This document shows positions 29,620 to 40,468 of a stretch of DNA of 64,000 bases, piece after piece. Source of the DNA: a candidate division WWE3 bacterium UBA1379 (GTDB lineage: Bacteria > Patescibacteriota > WWE3 > UBA101185 > UBA10185); the NCBI GenBank assembly GCA_002305475.1, contig DBRB01000003.1:111844-175843 (forward strand), given 5' to 3'. Below the pieces are notes generated by a model. That model did no database searches. It was not told the DNA's origin and worked only from the letters and a program-made list of their open reading frames with translations. A program made the position numbers and the translations under genes. Each line of letters begins with the position of its first letter. The stretch's first letter is position 1.

Positions 29620-29710
29620 ATTTCTCCTTTTTTCTATTATCTCTCTGAAATATTATCTGTATATTCTAAAGAGCATAATATAATAATAAATATTAGCAGA
29701 CAATTTTAAG

Positions 29711-30229
29711 CTATCTTTTTACAAAAAACCTCCATGGTACATCCTTATACTCATCTGCATAATCAATACCGATTCTTGGTGAAGTGCATATGTCAAAAGA
29801 TTGAGGATTTAGATTTTTAGTTATATATAAATAGTCACTTGTGGTTACGTCGATATTGTAATGCTCTTTTGTAATACCAAGAGCTCTTGTCAGCTTTCCC
29901 GGACCGTTTGTTTTATCATTAATGTTTTTTATCGGTACTATAGTTCTTATTAATACTCCAGCAGGGAATCCTTCTCTCTCTGTGGAAATATTTAACATGT
30001 AATACATTCCGTAGATCAGATAAATGTAGGTAAAACCACCGGAACCCCATAGAGGTGCACATGTTTCTTTTCTTCTGAATGATGCATGGCATGCTTTATC
30101 TTCTGTACCAATGTAGGCTTCAGTTTCCGTTATCATTCCCTCTTTGTCATAAAATACAAGTATTTTCCCCAAAAGTTCTCGGGCAACACTCAGGGTATCT
30201 CTTTCAAAAAAATCTCTGGTCAGTTTCAT
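29711..30229 (-). CDS. mpg: 3-methyladenine DNA glycosylase (MPG/AAG family)
   Basis: VARELLGK, ITETEAY, YIYLIYGMY, GVLIR, NGPGKL, PRIGI, WRF motifs. Confidence 0.93.
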   Translation of the reverse strand: MKLTRDFFERDTLSVARELLGKILVFYDKEGMITETEAYIGTEDKACHASFRRKETCAPLWGSGGFTYIYLIYGMYYMLNISTEREGFPAGVLIRTIVPIKNINDKTNGPGKLTRALGITKEHYNIDVTTSDYLYITKNLNPQSFDICTSPRIGIDYADEYKDVPWRFFVKR

Positions 30230-30309
30230 AGACGTATTGTACCTGATACAAATAATTCTATCTGTTCTATATTATTGGTTATACGGGGTATTTTGTGTAT
30301 CATTAAAAT

Positions 30310-30732
30310 ATGAATTGGGTATTTTATGCTCTTTTATCTGCGCTTTTTGCCGCATTAACTGCTATTCTTGCCAAGGTAGGCGTAAAAGATGTCAATTCCA
30401 ATCTGGCTACAGCTATTAGGACTATTGTTATTCTTATATTTGCCTGGGCGATTGTATTTTTTCAGCAGACTCATAAACAACTTCCAAATATAAATAAAAC
30501 ATCCCTTGCTTTTTTGCTGGCATCCGGTCTAACTACAGCTGCATCCTGGATATTTTACTTTAGAGCGTTGCAGCTTGGTGATGCATCAAAGGTTGCCCCT
30601 GTGGATAAAATGAGTTTAATATTTACCATACTATTAGCATTAGTATTTCTTCATGAAAAATTAACTCTTAGTGTATTTATCGGTGCCGTACTCATGACCG
30701 CAGGAGTTTTAGTTATTACGATTATTAAATAA
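30310..30732 (+). CDS. EamA/DMT family small transporter
   Basis: ALLSALFAALTAILAKVG, SNLATAIRT, YFRALQLG.AS.VAPVDK motifs. Confidence 0.9.
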   Translation: MNWVFYALLSALFAALTAILAKVGVKDVNSNLATAIRTIVILIFAWAIVFFQQTHKQLPNINKTSLAFLLASGLTTAASWIFYFRALQLGDASKVAPVDKMSLIFTILLALVFLHEKLTLSVFIGAVLMTAGVLVITIIK

Positions 30733-30817
30733 ATTTTTCTTCTTTTTTACTCCAACCCTGGTTTGACCTATAACAATTTTAACAGTATAATAACAAAGTC
30801 GCCTGCCAGCCTTTTTT

Positions 30818-31498
30818 ATGGCCTTAGAAACCTTATTTGCGTCTCTTTTAGCGGCTTCCCTGGCGGTAAATCCCGTAACCAGCGATAGCCCGGAGCTTGC
30901 CCCGCAGGACAATTCCATATACTACGATCAAAGATTCATATACAAAAATGAGTCTACTATTGTATTGAATGTGCCATATGTTCATCAGATTGATGACTTA
31001 CCGGAAGATAAAAAGGATTTAATCAGAAATACGGCTTGTGGTCCGTCTGCTTTGGCAATGGTTTTAAACTATGTCGGACATGATTACAGTCTGTGGGACG
31101 TTATATCCACCGTACCTGATTCAGTATATGTAAAAGGAAAAATGTATTATGCCCTGCAGGAAGGTCCGAAATATTTTGGTGAAGAAGCTACAGAGTTTGA
31201 ATATTCTCAGGCAGCATTATTTGATAAGTTAAGTCAGGGACTTCCCGTAGTATTAAACGTGCAGAATTATGATGGAATAACCGGTCATGCTCTGGTTGTA
31301 GTTGGTATGAGAAACTTTGATGGTGAAAATGCTGATTCTTTGATTGTGCATGATCCGTTCAGAGAAGGTTACCGGGAATTTAAATATTTAAACCCAATGG
31401 TATTAGAACAGCCCGAGGGTTATGATAACTATATCGGTCATCGTGACCCCTTCTATGTCGCAAAGAAAGAAGTCTTGGCATCCGGACACGTTGATTAA
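30818..31498 (+). CDS. Secreted C39-like cysteine peptidase
   Basis: Signal peptide; VPYVHQ, CGPSALAM, GHALVV, VHDP (Cys-His-Asp). Confidence 0.8.
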   Translation: MALETLFASLLAASLAVNPVTSDSPELAPQDNSIYYDQRFIYKNESTIVLNVPYVHQIDDLPEDKKDLIRNTACGPSALAMVLNYVGHDYSLWDVISTVPDSVYVKGKMYYALQEGPKYFGEEATEFEYSQAALFDKLSQGLPVVLNVQNYDGITGHALVVVGMRNFDGENADSLIVHDPFREGYREFKYLNPMVLEQPEGYDNYIGHRDPFYVAKKEVLASGHVD

Positions 31499-31597
31499 AG
31501 TTGTTCCTCGTCTTTAATATGAGGAAACTTCAGAATTAAGATTAATTTTTCATTTTTTGTCTGTTTGCTATTCTGTTTTTCCTGCTTCTTATGTGAT

Positions 31598-31807
31598 TTA
31601 GACCTTACCTCCCGTAATCTTTTCAACAGCAATTTTAGTAGCCTGATTAGTTATATCAAGCACTAAAACTAAATACTTTTTACCCTTCATTCCGAACACG
31701 GCATACGATCCGTTTTCGTCCGTCAGGCTCATACTATTTGGAATATGGGTATCTGCGGGTTGATTTTGTAACAATATTTCTTTTAAGGAGATTGGTTCCC
31801 ATTCCAT
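31598..31807 (-). CDS. Hypothetical protein
   Basis: Fills an intergenic gap; possibly frameshifted (see findings). Confidence 0.45.
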   Translation of the reverse strand: MEWEPISLKEILLQNQPADTHIPNSMSLTDENGSYAVFGMKGKKYLVLVLDITNQATKIAVEKITGGKV

Positions 31808-31952
31808 TAATGATAATTTAATAGACGTGTTTTATCCTGCGATTAAGGTAGTGTAAATGTCGTGTAATATAAAATCCTGATTTAATAAGATATTTACTTT
31901 TTTTCGAAAAATCATATTGAATTCGGGTATTATTTGGTAGTATAGTAATTAC

Positions 31953-33158
31953 ATGGCTATAGAAAATATTCCTCTTCCTGAATTACTCAGACCAAAAACC
32001 CTTGATGAGTTTTTAGGACAGGAGCATTTAGTCGGACCGCAGGGTCCGATAAGAAAACTGCTAGAAAACAGAACTATCAACTCAATGATTTTTTGGGGTT
32101 CTCCCGGTGTAGGAAAGACAACTCTGGCAAGAATTATCGCTTCTGAATTAAAAGCAAACTTTATAGAGATATCCCCGACCGTTTCTGGTGTGAAAGACAT
32201 TAAAATGGCGGTTGATAATGCAAAAAAGGAATTCTTCGGAGAAAAAACTCTGACTGTACTCTTTGTAGATGAAATCCACAGATTTAATAAAGCACAGCAG
32301 GATTATCTGCTTCCTCACGTGGAAAACGGTACGCTTATTCTTATAGGTGCAACTACCGAAAACCCATCCTTTGAAGTTGTGGCACCTCTTCTTTCCAGAA
32401 CCAGGGTATATAAATTTACACCTGTTAGTGCTAAGGATATGGAGTTGATGCTTCATAAAGCAATGGACTTTCTCAAAAACAAAGGAGTTGTTCTTAATAT
32501 TTCTTACGAAATAAAGGAGTTTTTAATTCAGCTATCAAACGGTGATGTGAGAAATCTTTTAAACTCCCTGGATACTTTAACCCGGGCTGGACTATCATCT
32601 AAACATTCGGATGAAATCAAACTTGAACAAGTTAAAAATATCCTACAACAAAATCCAAATCGATATGATAAAAAAGGTGATGAACACTACGACACCATAA
32701 GCGCATATATTAAAAGTATGCGTGCTTCCCAACCTGATGCTGCACTGTATTATCTGGCACGAATGGTGGATGCGGGTGAAGATCCGAAATTTATAGCCAG
32801 AAGGATGGTGGTATTTGCTTCCGAAGATGTAGGTATTGCAGATCCTACGGCTCTTCAGGTTGCTATCAGTGTTTTTAAAACCTGTGAAGTGATCGGATAT
32901 CCAGAATGTCAGTTTAATCTGGCACACGGTACTGTATATATGTGCAAAGCTCCAAAGAACCGTTCATCATATGATGCCTATTTTTCAGCTTTAGAAGATG
33001 TAAAAAAATTCGGTAATCTTCCGATCCCGTTAGATATAAGAAATGCTCCGACAAAACTAATGAAGGAATTTGGATACGGTAAGGGATATCAGGCATATCC
33101 AGATAAAGATGTATCTTATCTTCCGGATAAATTAAAAGGTAAGAAGTACTTACGCTGA
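31953..33158 (+). CDS. rarA: Replication-associated recombination protein A (AAA+ ATPase)
   Basis: PLPELLRP, GSPGVGKTT, FVDEIHRFNKAQQD, ATTENPSF, HYDTISA.IKS.R, ASEDVG motifs. Confidence 0.96.
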   Translation: MAIENIPLPELLRPKTLDEFLGQEHLVGPQGPIRKLLENRTINSMIFWGSPGVGKTTLARIIASELKANFIEISPTVSGVKDIKMAVDNAKKEFFGEKTLTVLFVDEIHRFNKAQQDYLLPHVENGTLILIGATTENPSFEVVAPLLSRTRVYKFTPVSAKDMELMLHKAMDFLKNKGVVLNISYEIKEFLIQLSNGDVRNLLNSLDTLTRAGLSSKHSDEIKLEQVKNILQQNPNRYDKKGDEHYDTISAYIKSMRASQPDAALYYLARMVDAGEDPKFIARRMVVFASEDVGIADPTALQVAISVFKTCEVIGYPECQFNLAHGTVYMCKAPKNRSSYDAYFSALEDVKKFGNLPIPLDIRNAPTKLMKEFGYGKGYQAYPDKDVSYLPDKLKGKKYLR

Positions 33159-33518
33159 TTCCTTTTTAAAATACTTTCTTAGGATTTTCAGATTTTTGGT
33201 ATTTGATCTGAAAAATATATCACCGATATCCCCTAATACCGGTACGCTTCCGATGGCAAAATCAAATATAATATTCAAAAACATTCTGTACAAATCTTTC
33301 TGGGGAAGTTCCATTCTTATTCCTATACTGAATATATACAGTGAAAGAATCAAGGCAATAAGATCTCCGATACCCGGAACCAGACCAAGAATAGGATCCA
33401 AACCAAAACTTACTCCTCCTATCTTGAACTGATTTTCCAATAAATCCGTCAGGAACTCCGCACGTCTGTATTCTTCCTGAAAGTCGCGAACTGGTGGTAA
33501 TTTGTTAATTCTGTTCAT
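33150..33518 (-). CDS. DUF4112 family membrane protein
   Basis: FGLDPILGLVPGIGD, G.VP.LGD..DIFF.SN.KN motifs; SD AGGTGAGG. Confidence 0.85.
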   Translation of the reverse strand: MNRINKLPPVRDFQEEYRRAEFLTDLLENQFKIGGVSFGLDPILGLVPGIGDLIALILSLYIFSIGIRMELPQKDLYRMFLNIIFDFAIGSVPVLGDIGDIFFRSNTKNLKILRKYFKKESA

Positions 33519-33709
33519 ATCCTCACCTTACTAAAATATTGAAGTAATATCAAACAATATTGATATAAGTTAACCTACCTTTAACTTATCTCTAATTTCC
33601 ATATCAAACTATAAACATATTCTTCCAAGTAATTGTAATAAGATTGCTTTCCTAAAAAAGAAGCACATCAATATTTATATTGATTATAAATTTCATGGAG
33701 AACAATTAA

Positions 33710-34966
33710 ATGATTAATACCCTTTCGAATAAAAAGGTAATACTAATAATGAGCTTTTTGTCCCTGCTTTTAATCTCTTTTGGTGTTTTTATCATTCTCA
33801 GGGATAAATATCTTGCGGACAAAATCGGTTCCACCGTAAAACAGATGCCTGATACGATTCAGGAGAACCTGGATAAAAGCGTTTTTACCGAGCGATACCC
33901 TTATGCTACTTTGGAAAATACCTGGATAGCATATAAAGAAAATGACATACAAAATGACGGAAGAACTGTAGATAAGTCTGCAAATTTGCTTACCACATCC
34001 GAAGGGCAGTCGTATTCATTATTAAGAGCAGTATGGGTTGATGATAAAGCAACATTTGACGAAGTATTAACCTGGACTAAAAATAATTTGCAAAAAAGAC
34101 CCAATGATAATCTATTATCCTGGAAATGGGGTCAGAGAAGTGATGGCTCCTGGGGTGTCCTGGAAGAAGATGGCGGTTTAAACACGGCCAGTGATGCTGA
34201 TTTGGATATTGCACTGGCATTAATCTTAGCCAGTGAGAGATGGAATGATGACTACTATATGAGTGAAGCACGAAAAATTCTCACGGATGTTTGGATGGTG
34301 GAGGTGATAGAGATCCAGGGTAGACCTTATCTGACTGCCGGGAATTGGGCTAAGCTTGAAGAGAACCCTGCCATTAATCCCTCATATTTTAATCTTGCAG
34401 GCTACCCTCTTTTTGCTGGAGTTGACCCTGTTCATGACTGGATGGCATTAAAAGATACATCTTATGAAATATTAAACTCATCCACAGATATGTTACCTCC
34501 TGATTGGATACGCATTAACAGGAATACCGGTGAGCTTATTCCTGATGCGGAAGTAAATGGAAACAGTGAAAAATTTTCCGATGATGCAGTTAGAATTCCT
34601 TGGAGAGTAGGTCTGGATTGGGAATGGCATAAAGATCCAAGGGCCGAGCAGTATATGAAGAAACTGGATGCCATTAATGAACTATGGAGTCAGCACCGAG
34701 CAATCTTTCGTGAATACAAAACAGACGGAACTCCCTTATCAAATAATGAAACACTGAGTACATATGGTGCGGTACTCCCCTATTTTGTTGTTCGTAACCC
34801 ACAAGCAGCTTCAGAAATTTTCAGAAATAAACTGGCTAAAAACTACAATGTGGATCAGCTGGATTTTTCCGGTGATGCAAATTATTACTCAAAAAACTGG
34901 GCTTGGTTTGGTATGGCATTTTATCAGGACTTTTTAAAAAATTACTATGAGGAGGATACTAATTGA
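33710..34966 (+). CDS. Membrane-anchored GH8 endoglucanase (BcsZ-like)
   Basis: N-terminal TM; TSEGQSY, ASDADLDIA, NPSY, DAVRIPWR motifs. Confidence 0.88.
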   Translation: MINTLSNKKVILIMSFLSLLLISFGVFIILRDKYLADKIGSTVKQMPDTIQENLDKSVFTERYPYATLENTWIAYKENDIQNDGRTVDKSANLLTTSEGQSYSLLRAVWVDDKATFDEVLTWTKNNLQKRPNDNLLSWKWGQRSDGSWGVLEEDGGLNTASDADLDIALALILASERWNDDYYMSEARKILTDVWMVEVIEIQGRPYLTAGNWAKLEENPAINPSYFNLAGYPLFAGVDPVHDWMALKDTSYEILNSSTDMLPPDWIRINRNTGELIPDAEVNGNSEKFSDDAVRIPWRVGLDWEWHKDPRAEQYMKKLDAINELWSQHRAIFREYKTDGTPLSNNETLSTYGAVLPYFVVRNPQAASEIFRNKLAKNYNVDQLDFSGDANYYSKNWAWFGMAFYQDFLKNYYEEDTN

Positions 34967-36564
34967 TGACAAACACAGAGCCGATCAAATTAAACAATAG
35001 AGGAAAGATCGGAACATTTACCCTGTCCGTAATCAGCATATTCACAATCGGATATTTTACATGGTGGCTGAACCTTAATCATGCAGGGCATCCGGTATTA
35101 TATGCCCTGCTTTTTGTTGGTGAAGTATTTCACGTCTGGCAGGCTCTCGGATATATTTTTACCGTCTGGTCCCAAAAGGAAGTGGTTTCACCAAAGATTA
35201 CAAAGTATTACCCCGTTGATATATTTATAACGGTGTGTGGAGAACCTGCTGAGATAGTTGAAAAGACAATTCAGGGAGCATTATCCATCGATTATCCGAA
35301 TTTTAAAGTATATATATTAAATGACGGAAAAGGAGCGGGTAAACATAACTGGAGAGAAATTGATGAATTGGCATTAAGATACGGAGTTATCCCGATCACA
35401 AGAGAGCGAAATGGAGGTTTTAAAGCCGGTAATCTGAATAATGCCCTCCGACAAACAAAAGGAGAATTTTTTGCTGTATTTGATGCCGATCAGATACCCG
35501 AGAAGAATTTCCTCACAAAGACCATCGGATTTTTTAAAGATCCACTGATGGCATTGGTACAGACTCCTCAGTATTATGCTAATAAAGATGAGAATTCTCT
35601 TACCAAAGCTGCCTGGGAACAGCAAGAGCTATTTTTCGGACCGATTTGTGTGGGGAAAAACAGATACAATGCTACATTATGGTGTGGTACAAATGCGGTA
35701 GTGAGAAAAAATGCCATCTATTCCATAGGCGGTGTGCCGGAACATAATATTGCCGAAGATTTTTTGGCCAGTCTTTTTCTTCATGAAAAAGGTTGGAAGA
35801 GCATCTATGTTCCAGAAATACTTGCCAAGGGTCTGGCTCCACACAATCTGAGTGACTATGTTAATCAGCAGTTTAGATGGGCTAGAGGTTCTTTGGAAGT
35901 GATATTTAAATACAATCCCCTTTTTCGAAAAGGCTTATCATGGGCTCAGAAAATACAGTATCTCTATTCATCCGGTTATTATCTTAACGGATTGATTGTC
36001 ATTATTGATGCAGTAATTCCTCTTGCGGCATTGACATTTAATGTGCTTCCTGTGAATGCTTCCACCAGTGATTTTATGATTTACTTTTTCCCGTTTATTT
36101 TCTCAACAATTTATCTTCTGATGATGTCTACCAGAAATCAGATTACATTTAATGCTATACAGCTGTCTATGAGTTCATTCTTTGTTTTTTTTATTGCCAC
36201 TTTGTCTACGGCTTTTGGAATAAAAGCAGCATTTAAAGTCACTAATAAATCCAAAGAAACCGGTAATTTCTTAAATCTGGTAATTCCCCATGCTTTATAT
36301 ACGATAGCGGCCATAATTTCAATTGTGGTAGCGGTGATTAGGGATGGAATAGTACCATCAGTAGTAACAAATGCGGCGTGGGCAGTTTTTAATATCACAT
36401 TCTTTTCGGCGTTTTTTAAAGTGGCATATCCCTGGGATGAATTATGGAGTAGGGTAACATCTCTGTTTCATTCCGAAAAAGAGGATGTGGTATCTCCTAG
36501 TACAAAGCTGGCATATACATTTGTCGAAGCAGCAAGGGATCCAGAATTTGATTTTGAGGAATAA
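34963..36564 (+). CDS. Cellulose-synthase-like processive GT2 (BcsA-like, no PilZ domain)
   Basis: NDG, KAGNLN, FDAD, QTPQ, WCGT, AED, QQFRW and FKVTNK gating loop; ends without RxxxR/PilZ. Confidence 0.88.
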   Translation: MMTNTEPIKLNNRGKIGTFTLSVISIFTIGYFTWWLNLNHAGHPVLYALLFVGEVFHVWQALGYIFTVWSQKEVVSPKITKYYPVDIFITVCGEPAEIVEKTIQGALSIDYPNFKVYILNDGKGAGKHNWREIDELALRYGVIPITRERNGGFKAGNLNNALRQTKGEFFAVFDADQIPEKNFLTKTIGFFKDPLMALVQTPQYYANKDENSLTKAAWEQQELFFGPICVGKNRYNATLWCGTNAVVRKNAIYSIGGVPEHNIAEDFLASLFLHEKGWKSIYVPEILAKGLAPHNLSDYVNQQFRWARGSLEVIFKYNPLFRKGLSWAQKIQYLYSSGYYLNGLIVIIDAVIPLAALTFNVLPVNASTSDFMIYFFPFIFSTIYLLMMSTRNQITFNAIQLSMSSFFVFFIATLSTAFGIKAAFKVTNKSKETGNFLNLVIPHALYTIAAIISIVVAVIRDGIVPSVVTNAAWAVFNITFFSAFFKVAYPWDELWSRVTSLFHSEKEDVVSPSTKLAYTFVEAARDPEFDFEE

Positions 36565-36567
36565 TAT

Positions 36568-38148
36568 ATGCACACAACAAAACTGACCACTATCAATAAA
36601 TACTCCTCATATTTTTTCAATGCCGTAGTATTATCTGCTATTGCAATAGGCGCCGCTCTTCGTTTATACGGGTTGGGACAAGAAAGTATGAGACTTGATG
36701 AAGCACAGAGTGTGTGGCAGGCTTCTCATTCCATTAATTTTATTAAAAGTTATATGGTTCAGAATATTCATCTTCCTTTGCACAATGTTTTATTACACTG
36801 GTGGATGAAGTTTGTAGGGACGGAGGAAGTATCAGTTAGATTGATGTCAGCCATACCTGGCATATTATCCCTACCTGCATTATATCTTTTAGCTTGGGAA
36901 ATATTTCAGGATAAAAAGAAGGCATTAATTACTCTTCTGATAGCCGCTATTTCACCTTTCTGGATCTGGTACAGCAGGGAAATCCGAATGTATACCTTAC
37001 TGACATTGGTCAGTTCTTTGTCTTATTACTTTTATCTTAGGATTCTAAAAGAAAACAGACCTGTTCTTTTTACTTTCTTTATTGCTGTTAATGTTCTTGG
37101 CATCTATACACACTACTTTTTTAATTTTGTTTTATTGATTCAGGCTTTATTTTTTATAATCGCAAAAAGACAGATGTGGTTTAGGAAGGTTAAATATAAC
37201 GCAAAAGAGCTTTTTATAAGGTTTACTTTATCCGCTGCTGTTGTATATTTAGTGTTTCTACCTTGGGTATTGTATTTCATTGTAAACCATGCACAGGGAG
37301 GTAGTTTTGCACCGGAATTGGAAAAACCCAGCAGTTTTAACGTCGTTCTCAGCTTTTTTGAATTTGCTTTGGGATATCAGCCGGAAAATCTAACTGCGGC
37401 GATTATTGCCTTATGGCCTTTGAGTGTTTTGATCGGATTTATATTTCTGACAAAAAGAAAAAACCCACTAACACCTGGTGTCTATCTGGCATTTTTCGGA
37501 ACTGTTGTACCGGTGGTACTTGTATACCTGATAAGTATTTTTATCAGTCCGATCTATCTTACTCGATATCTGATACATACTACTCCTCTTTTTATGGTGG
37601 CAGTTGCTTGGTTATTAACTGAAATGCAAGGCTCAATACGACAGCTATCAATGGGTGTGTTTTTCGTAATAATAATGCTTGCTTTGTATAACCAGAAAAA
37701 AAATCCCGAAAATCCAGCTCGGGAGAACTATCGGGATGCTGTTGCCTATGTTAATAGTGTGGCTACGGATCGGGATGTCATTGTCGTCAGTCCTCCGTAT
37801 ACTCTGTATCCGGTTTACTACTATTATGATCTTCCAAATAAAGTTGTATCCATGCCTATTTGGGATAAAAGAGAGTTAAGTCTTCCTCCACTTACTCCTC
37901 AGAATCTGGAAACGGATTCAACATTAATTCAGGAGGGACACAGAAGAATATTTTTAATCACTACTTTAAATCTGGCCGGGGGGTATGATGTGGAAAGATA
38001 TCTGGATCTTAACTACACCCGTCTTGATAAAAAACAATTTTCCAAATTTGTCTGGGTAGAAACATATCAGGCTGAATATCCGGATTTGGCGGAAGAAACT
38101 AATACATCTGGAACAGAAGAGATTGTGTCTCAAATTAACGCGGAGTAG
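36568..38148 (+). CDS. GT-C fold glycosyltransferase (GT39-like)
   Basis: LRLYGLGQES.RLDEA, HLPL, E...RL.S, YSREIRMY, YTHY motifs. Confidence 0.85.
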   Translation: MHTTKLTTINKYSSYFFNAVVLSAIAIGAALRLYGLGQESMRLDEAQSVWQASHSINFIKSYMVQNIHLPLHNVLLHWWMKFVGTEEVSVRLMSAIPGILSLPALYLLAWEIFQDKKKALITLLIAAISPFWIWYSREIRMYTLLTLVSSLSYYFYLRILKENRPVLFTFFIAVNVLGIYTHYFFNFVLLIQALFFIIAKRQMWFRKVKYNAKELFIRFTLSAAVVYLVFLPWVLYFIVNHAQGGSFAPELEKPSSFNVVLSFFEFALGYQPENLTAAIIALWPLSVLIGFIFLTKRKNPLTPGVYLAFFGTVVPVVLVYLISIFISPIYLTRYLIHTTPLFMVAVAWLLTEMQGSIRQLSMGVFFVIIMLALYNQKKNPENPARENYRDAVAYVNSVATDRDVIVVSPPYTLYPVYYYYDLPNKVVSMPIWDKRELSLPPLTPQNLETDSTLIQEGHRRIFLITTLNLAGGYDVERYLDLNYTRLDKKQFSKFVWVETYQAEYPDLAEETNTSGTEEIVSQINAE

Positions 38149-38154
38149 GAATAT

Positions 38155-39672
38155 ATGGATTTACATGACAAAATAAACGCGAGAAATAAAGAGATAATTC
38201 TTATTATTACCGCCCTGATAATATCTTTTCTGGCTCATGCTGTTAATATGTTCGGTTATCCGTATTATGAAAGTGACGAGGGAACATATATTTCTCAGGC
38301 ATGGTCAATCTTAAAGTTAAACCAGCTTGCGCCATATGAATATTGGTATGACCATCCTCCTTTTGGATGGCTTCTGATTGCATTATGGATGCTATTAACG
38401 GGTGGGATGTATGTTTTCGGATTATCAGTAAATTCCGGAAGGGTCTTAATGCTGGTGATGCATTTGTTTTCCTCCTTGCTTTTATATCTGATTACAAAAA
38501 AATTTACAAGATCGGCTTTTACTGGAACAGTCTCCGTATTGATATTTTCAGTTTCTCCTTTGGCTGTCTTTTTTCATCGCAGAGTACTTCTGGATAATAT
38601 TGCCGTATTCTGGCTCCTTTTATCTATTACGATAATTTTATACAGAAGATCTAATTTTGCTGTTTTATTAAGTGCAGCATCTTATGGTTTTTCTTTTCTT
38701 ACTAAAGAATCTATGCTAGTTTTTTCACCTGTGATGCTTTATCTGGTTTATGTAATATTTACTAGTAAAAAAAGAAAAACTGTACTGTGGTTTGTTATAG
38801 CGTCATTAATCATTCTAACCTATCCCCTGTTTGCGCTTTTTAGAGGACAGTTGTTTCCTAATGACACTGGAATAAGTCTGTGGCAGTCAGTTATGACTCA
38901 GGTAACCAGAAGGAATGCTGAGATAGCGGGAACTCAAATCAGTGCATTTTGGTTTACTTTCTCTGAATGGATTAAGGAGGATCCCGTACTCATTTATCTG
39001 GGGATTGGATCTATATTTTTAAATATTATGCTGGGACTTAAAAGCCTATACGCAAGAATTATCGCATTGTTTAGCGTGGTCTTTGTCACATTTTTGTATT
39101 TCAATAGTTTAGTATTGGAGTTTTATATTGTTCCTATTCTACCCTTTTTTGCATTAAATATTTCCTACTTTATGGAACGGTTGAAAAATGTATTTTACAA
39201 CCGCGTACCTGCGAAACTAAGAAAAATTTCATATCTACCGTATTTTGGGATTGTTGTATCACTTTTAGTGATGTTTTTTAGGTATTCAAACAGTTCAAAG
39301 GATTTCTATAACATATACAGAACCGATCAGACTACCGGTCAGAGACAGGCAATTTCGTGGATGGTCAAAAATATTCCACCGGGTTCCAAAACGATATCGG
39401 ACAGTTATGCATATGTGGATCTAAATGACGGGAATAAAAACAGAAGATTTGACTACTATTGGAAAGTTGATTTTGATCCTGATATCAAAGAGACGATTTA
39501 CGGTAATTCCTGGAATAATGTTGATTATATTGCAATGACTCCTCAGATGGAGCGCGATCTGGAAAACAATTCCGGATTTGCACTCACCTCGACCGCTCTA
39601 AAAAATTCCAAAGAAATCCAACGTTTCTTTTCAAACGGATGGGGTGTGAGAATATTCAAGGTTAATCAGTAA
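38155..39672 (+). CDS. GT-C fold glycosyltransferase (GT39-like)
   Basis: YPYYESDEGTYISQAW, YWYDHPP, R.VLLDN, LTKE motifs. Confidence 0.85.
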   Translation: MDLHDKINARNKEIILIITALIISFLAHAVNMFGYPYYESDEGTYISQAWSILKLNQLAPYEYWYDHPPFGWLLIALWMLLTGGMYVFGLSVNSGRVLMLVMHLFSSLLLYLITKKFTRSAFTGTVSVLIFSVSPLAVFFHRRVLLDNIAVFWLLLSITIILYRRSNFAVLLSAASYGFSFLTKESMLVFSPVMLYLVYVIFTSKKRKTVLWFVIASLIILTYPLFALFRGQLFPNDTGISLWQSVMTQVTRRNAEIAGTQISAFWFTFSEWIKEDPVLIYLGIGSIFLNIMLGLKSLYARIIALFSVVFVTFLYFNSLVLEFYIVPILPFFALNISYFMERLKNVFYNRVPAKLRKISYLPYFGIVVSLLVMFFRYSNSSKDFYNIYRTDQTTGQRQAISWMVKNIPPGSKTISDSYAYVDLNDGNKNRRFDYYWKVDFDPDIKETIYGNSWNNVDYIAMTPQMERDLENNSGFALTSTALKNSKEIQRFFSNGWGVRIFKVNQ

Positions 39673-40346
39673 TTAATAAAGTAATTAATTTCTGATTTAT
39701 TCTTAAGTTCTGCCAGCCAGTTGTTATATTCCTGAGCAAACTTTTCTTGCTGAATCTGTTCTTTTACCTGTTGTCTGACGATTTCATCCCCTATAGCATT
39801 TTCCGGCATATATTTTTCGTTAGCTGTAATAAACTCATTAATTTCATTTTCTTCCACTGAGATATTGCCCAAAAGCATTTTTTCCAGCTGCTTTTGGAGA
39901 ACTATCTGATCTATCATATCGTTTCTGGTCATTTTTCTCAGCTGTAACACTTCATCTATAGTTTGATTCTGAGATTTGAGAAGTTCTTCAACTTTTGATA
40001 TTTCAGCATTTATTTCATCCTGAGTCACAACTATATTCTGTCTTTTAGCTTCCTGCCTGATCAATGCCATTGATACCAGTCCGTCCAGTGCCTTTCCACC
40101 GCTTGCTCTCTCTAAATCTCTGATGACTGAAAATCTGGTGATAGGCTCACCATTGACAGTTGCAGCAATTAAATAATTTTTGGCAAGATAAGCAAAACTT
40201 CCGGTAACAGCTATCAGTAAAACTATTAAAAATATTTTTCTTGGCATTTTGACAGAAGGAAGTTTAATTCTTCTTTTTTCCGAATTATTTTCCAATGTCT
40301 TCTCGTTGCTAACTTCATTTATTGTATTTTCTTTTTCATTAATCAT
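39666..40346 (-). CDS. SurA N-terminal domain chaperone-like membrane protein
   Basis: TM then AATVNGEPIT, LIRQEAK..IVVT.DEI, W..EL...SEI. Confidence 0.75.
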   Translation of the reverse strand: MINEKENTINEVSNEKTLENNSEKRRIKLPSVKMPRKIFLIVLLIAVTGSFAYLAKNYLIAATVNGEPITRFSVIRDLERASGGKALDGLVSMALIRQEAKRQNIVVTQDEINAEISKVEELLKSQNQTIDEVLQLRKMTRNDMIDQIVLQKQLEKMLLGNISVEENEINEFITANEKYMPENAIGDEIVRQQVKEQIQQEKFAQEYNNWLAELKNKSEINYFINY

Positions 40347-40468
40347 GGGAAAAGTATATCACACCATTAAATATTTTATTCAAAGAAAAAAATAAACTTA
40401 ATAACAATGTGATATTTTTTTAACATTAGAATAACTATCTGTTTATACATTCCAACCAGAATTTAATT

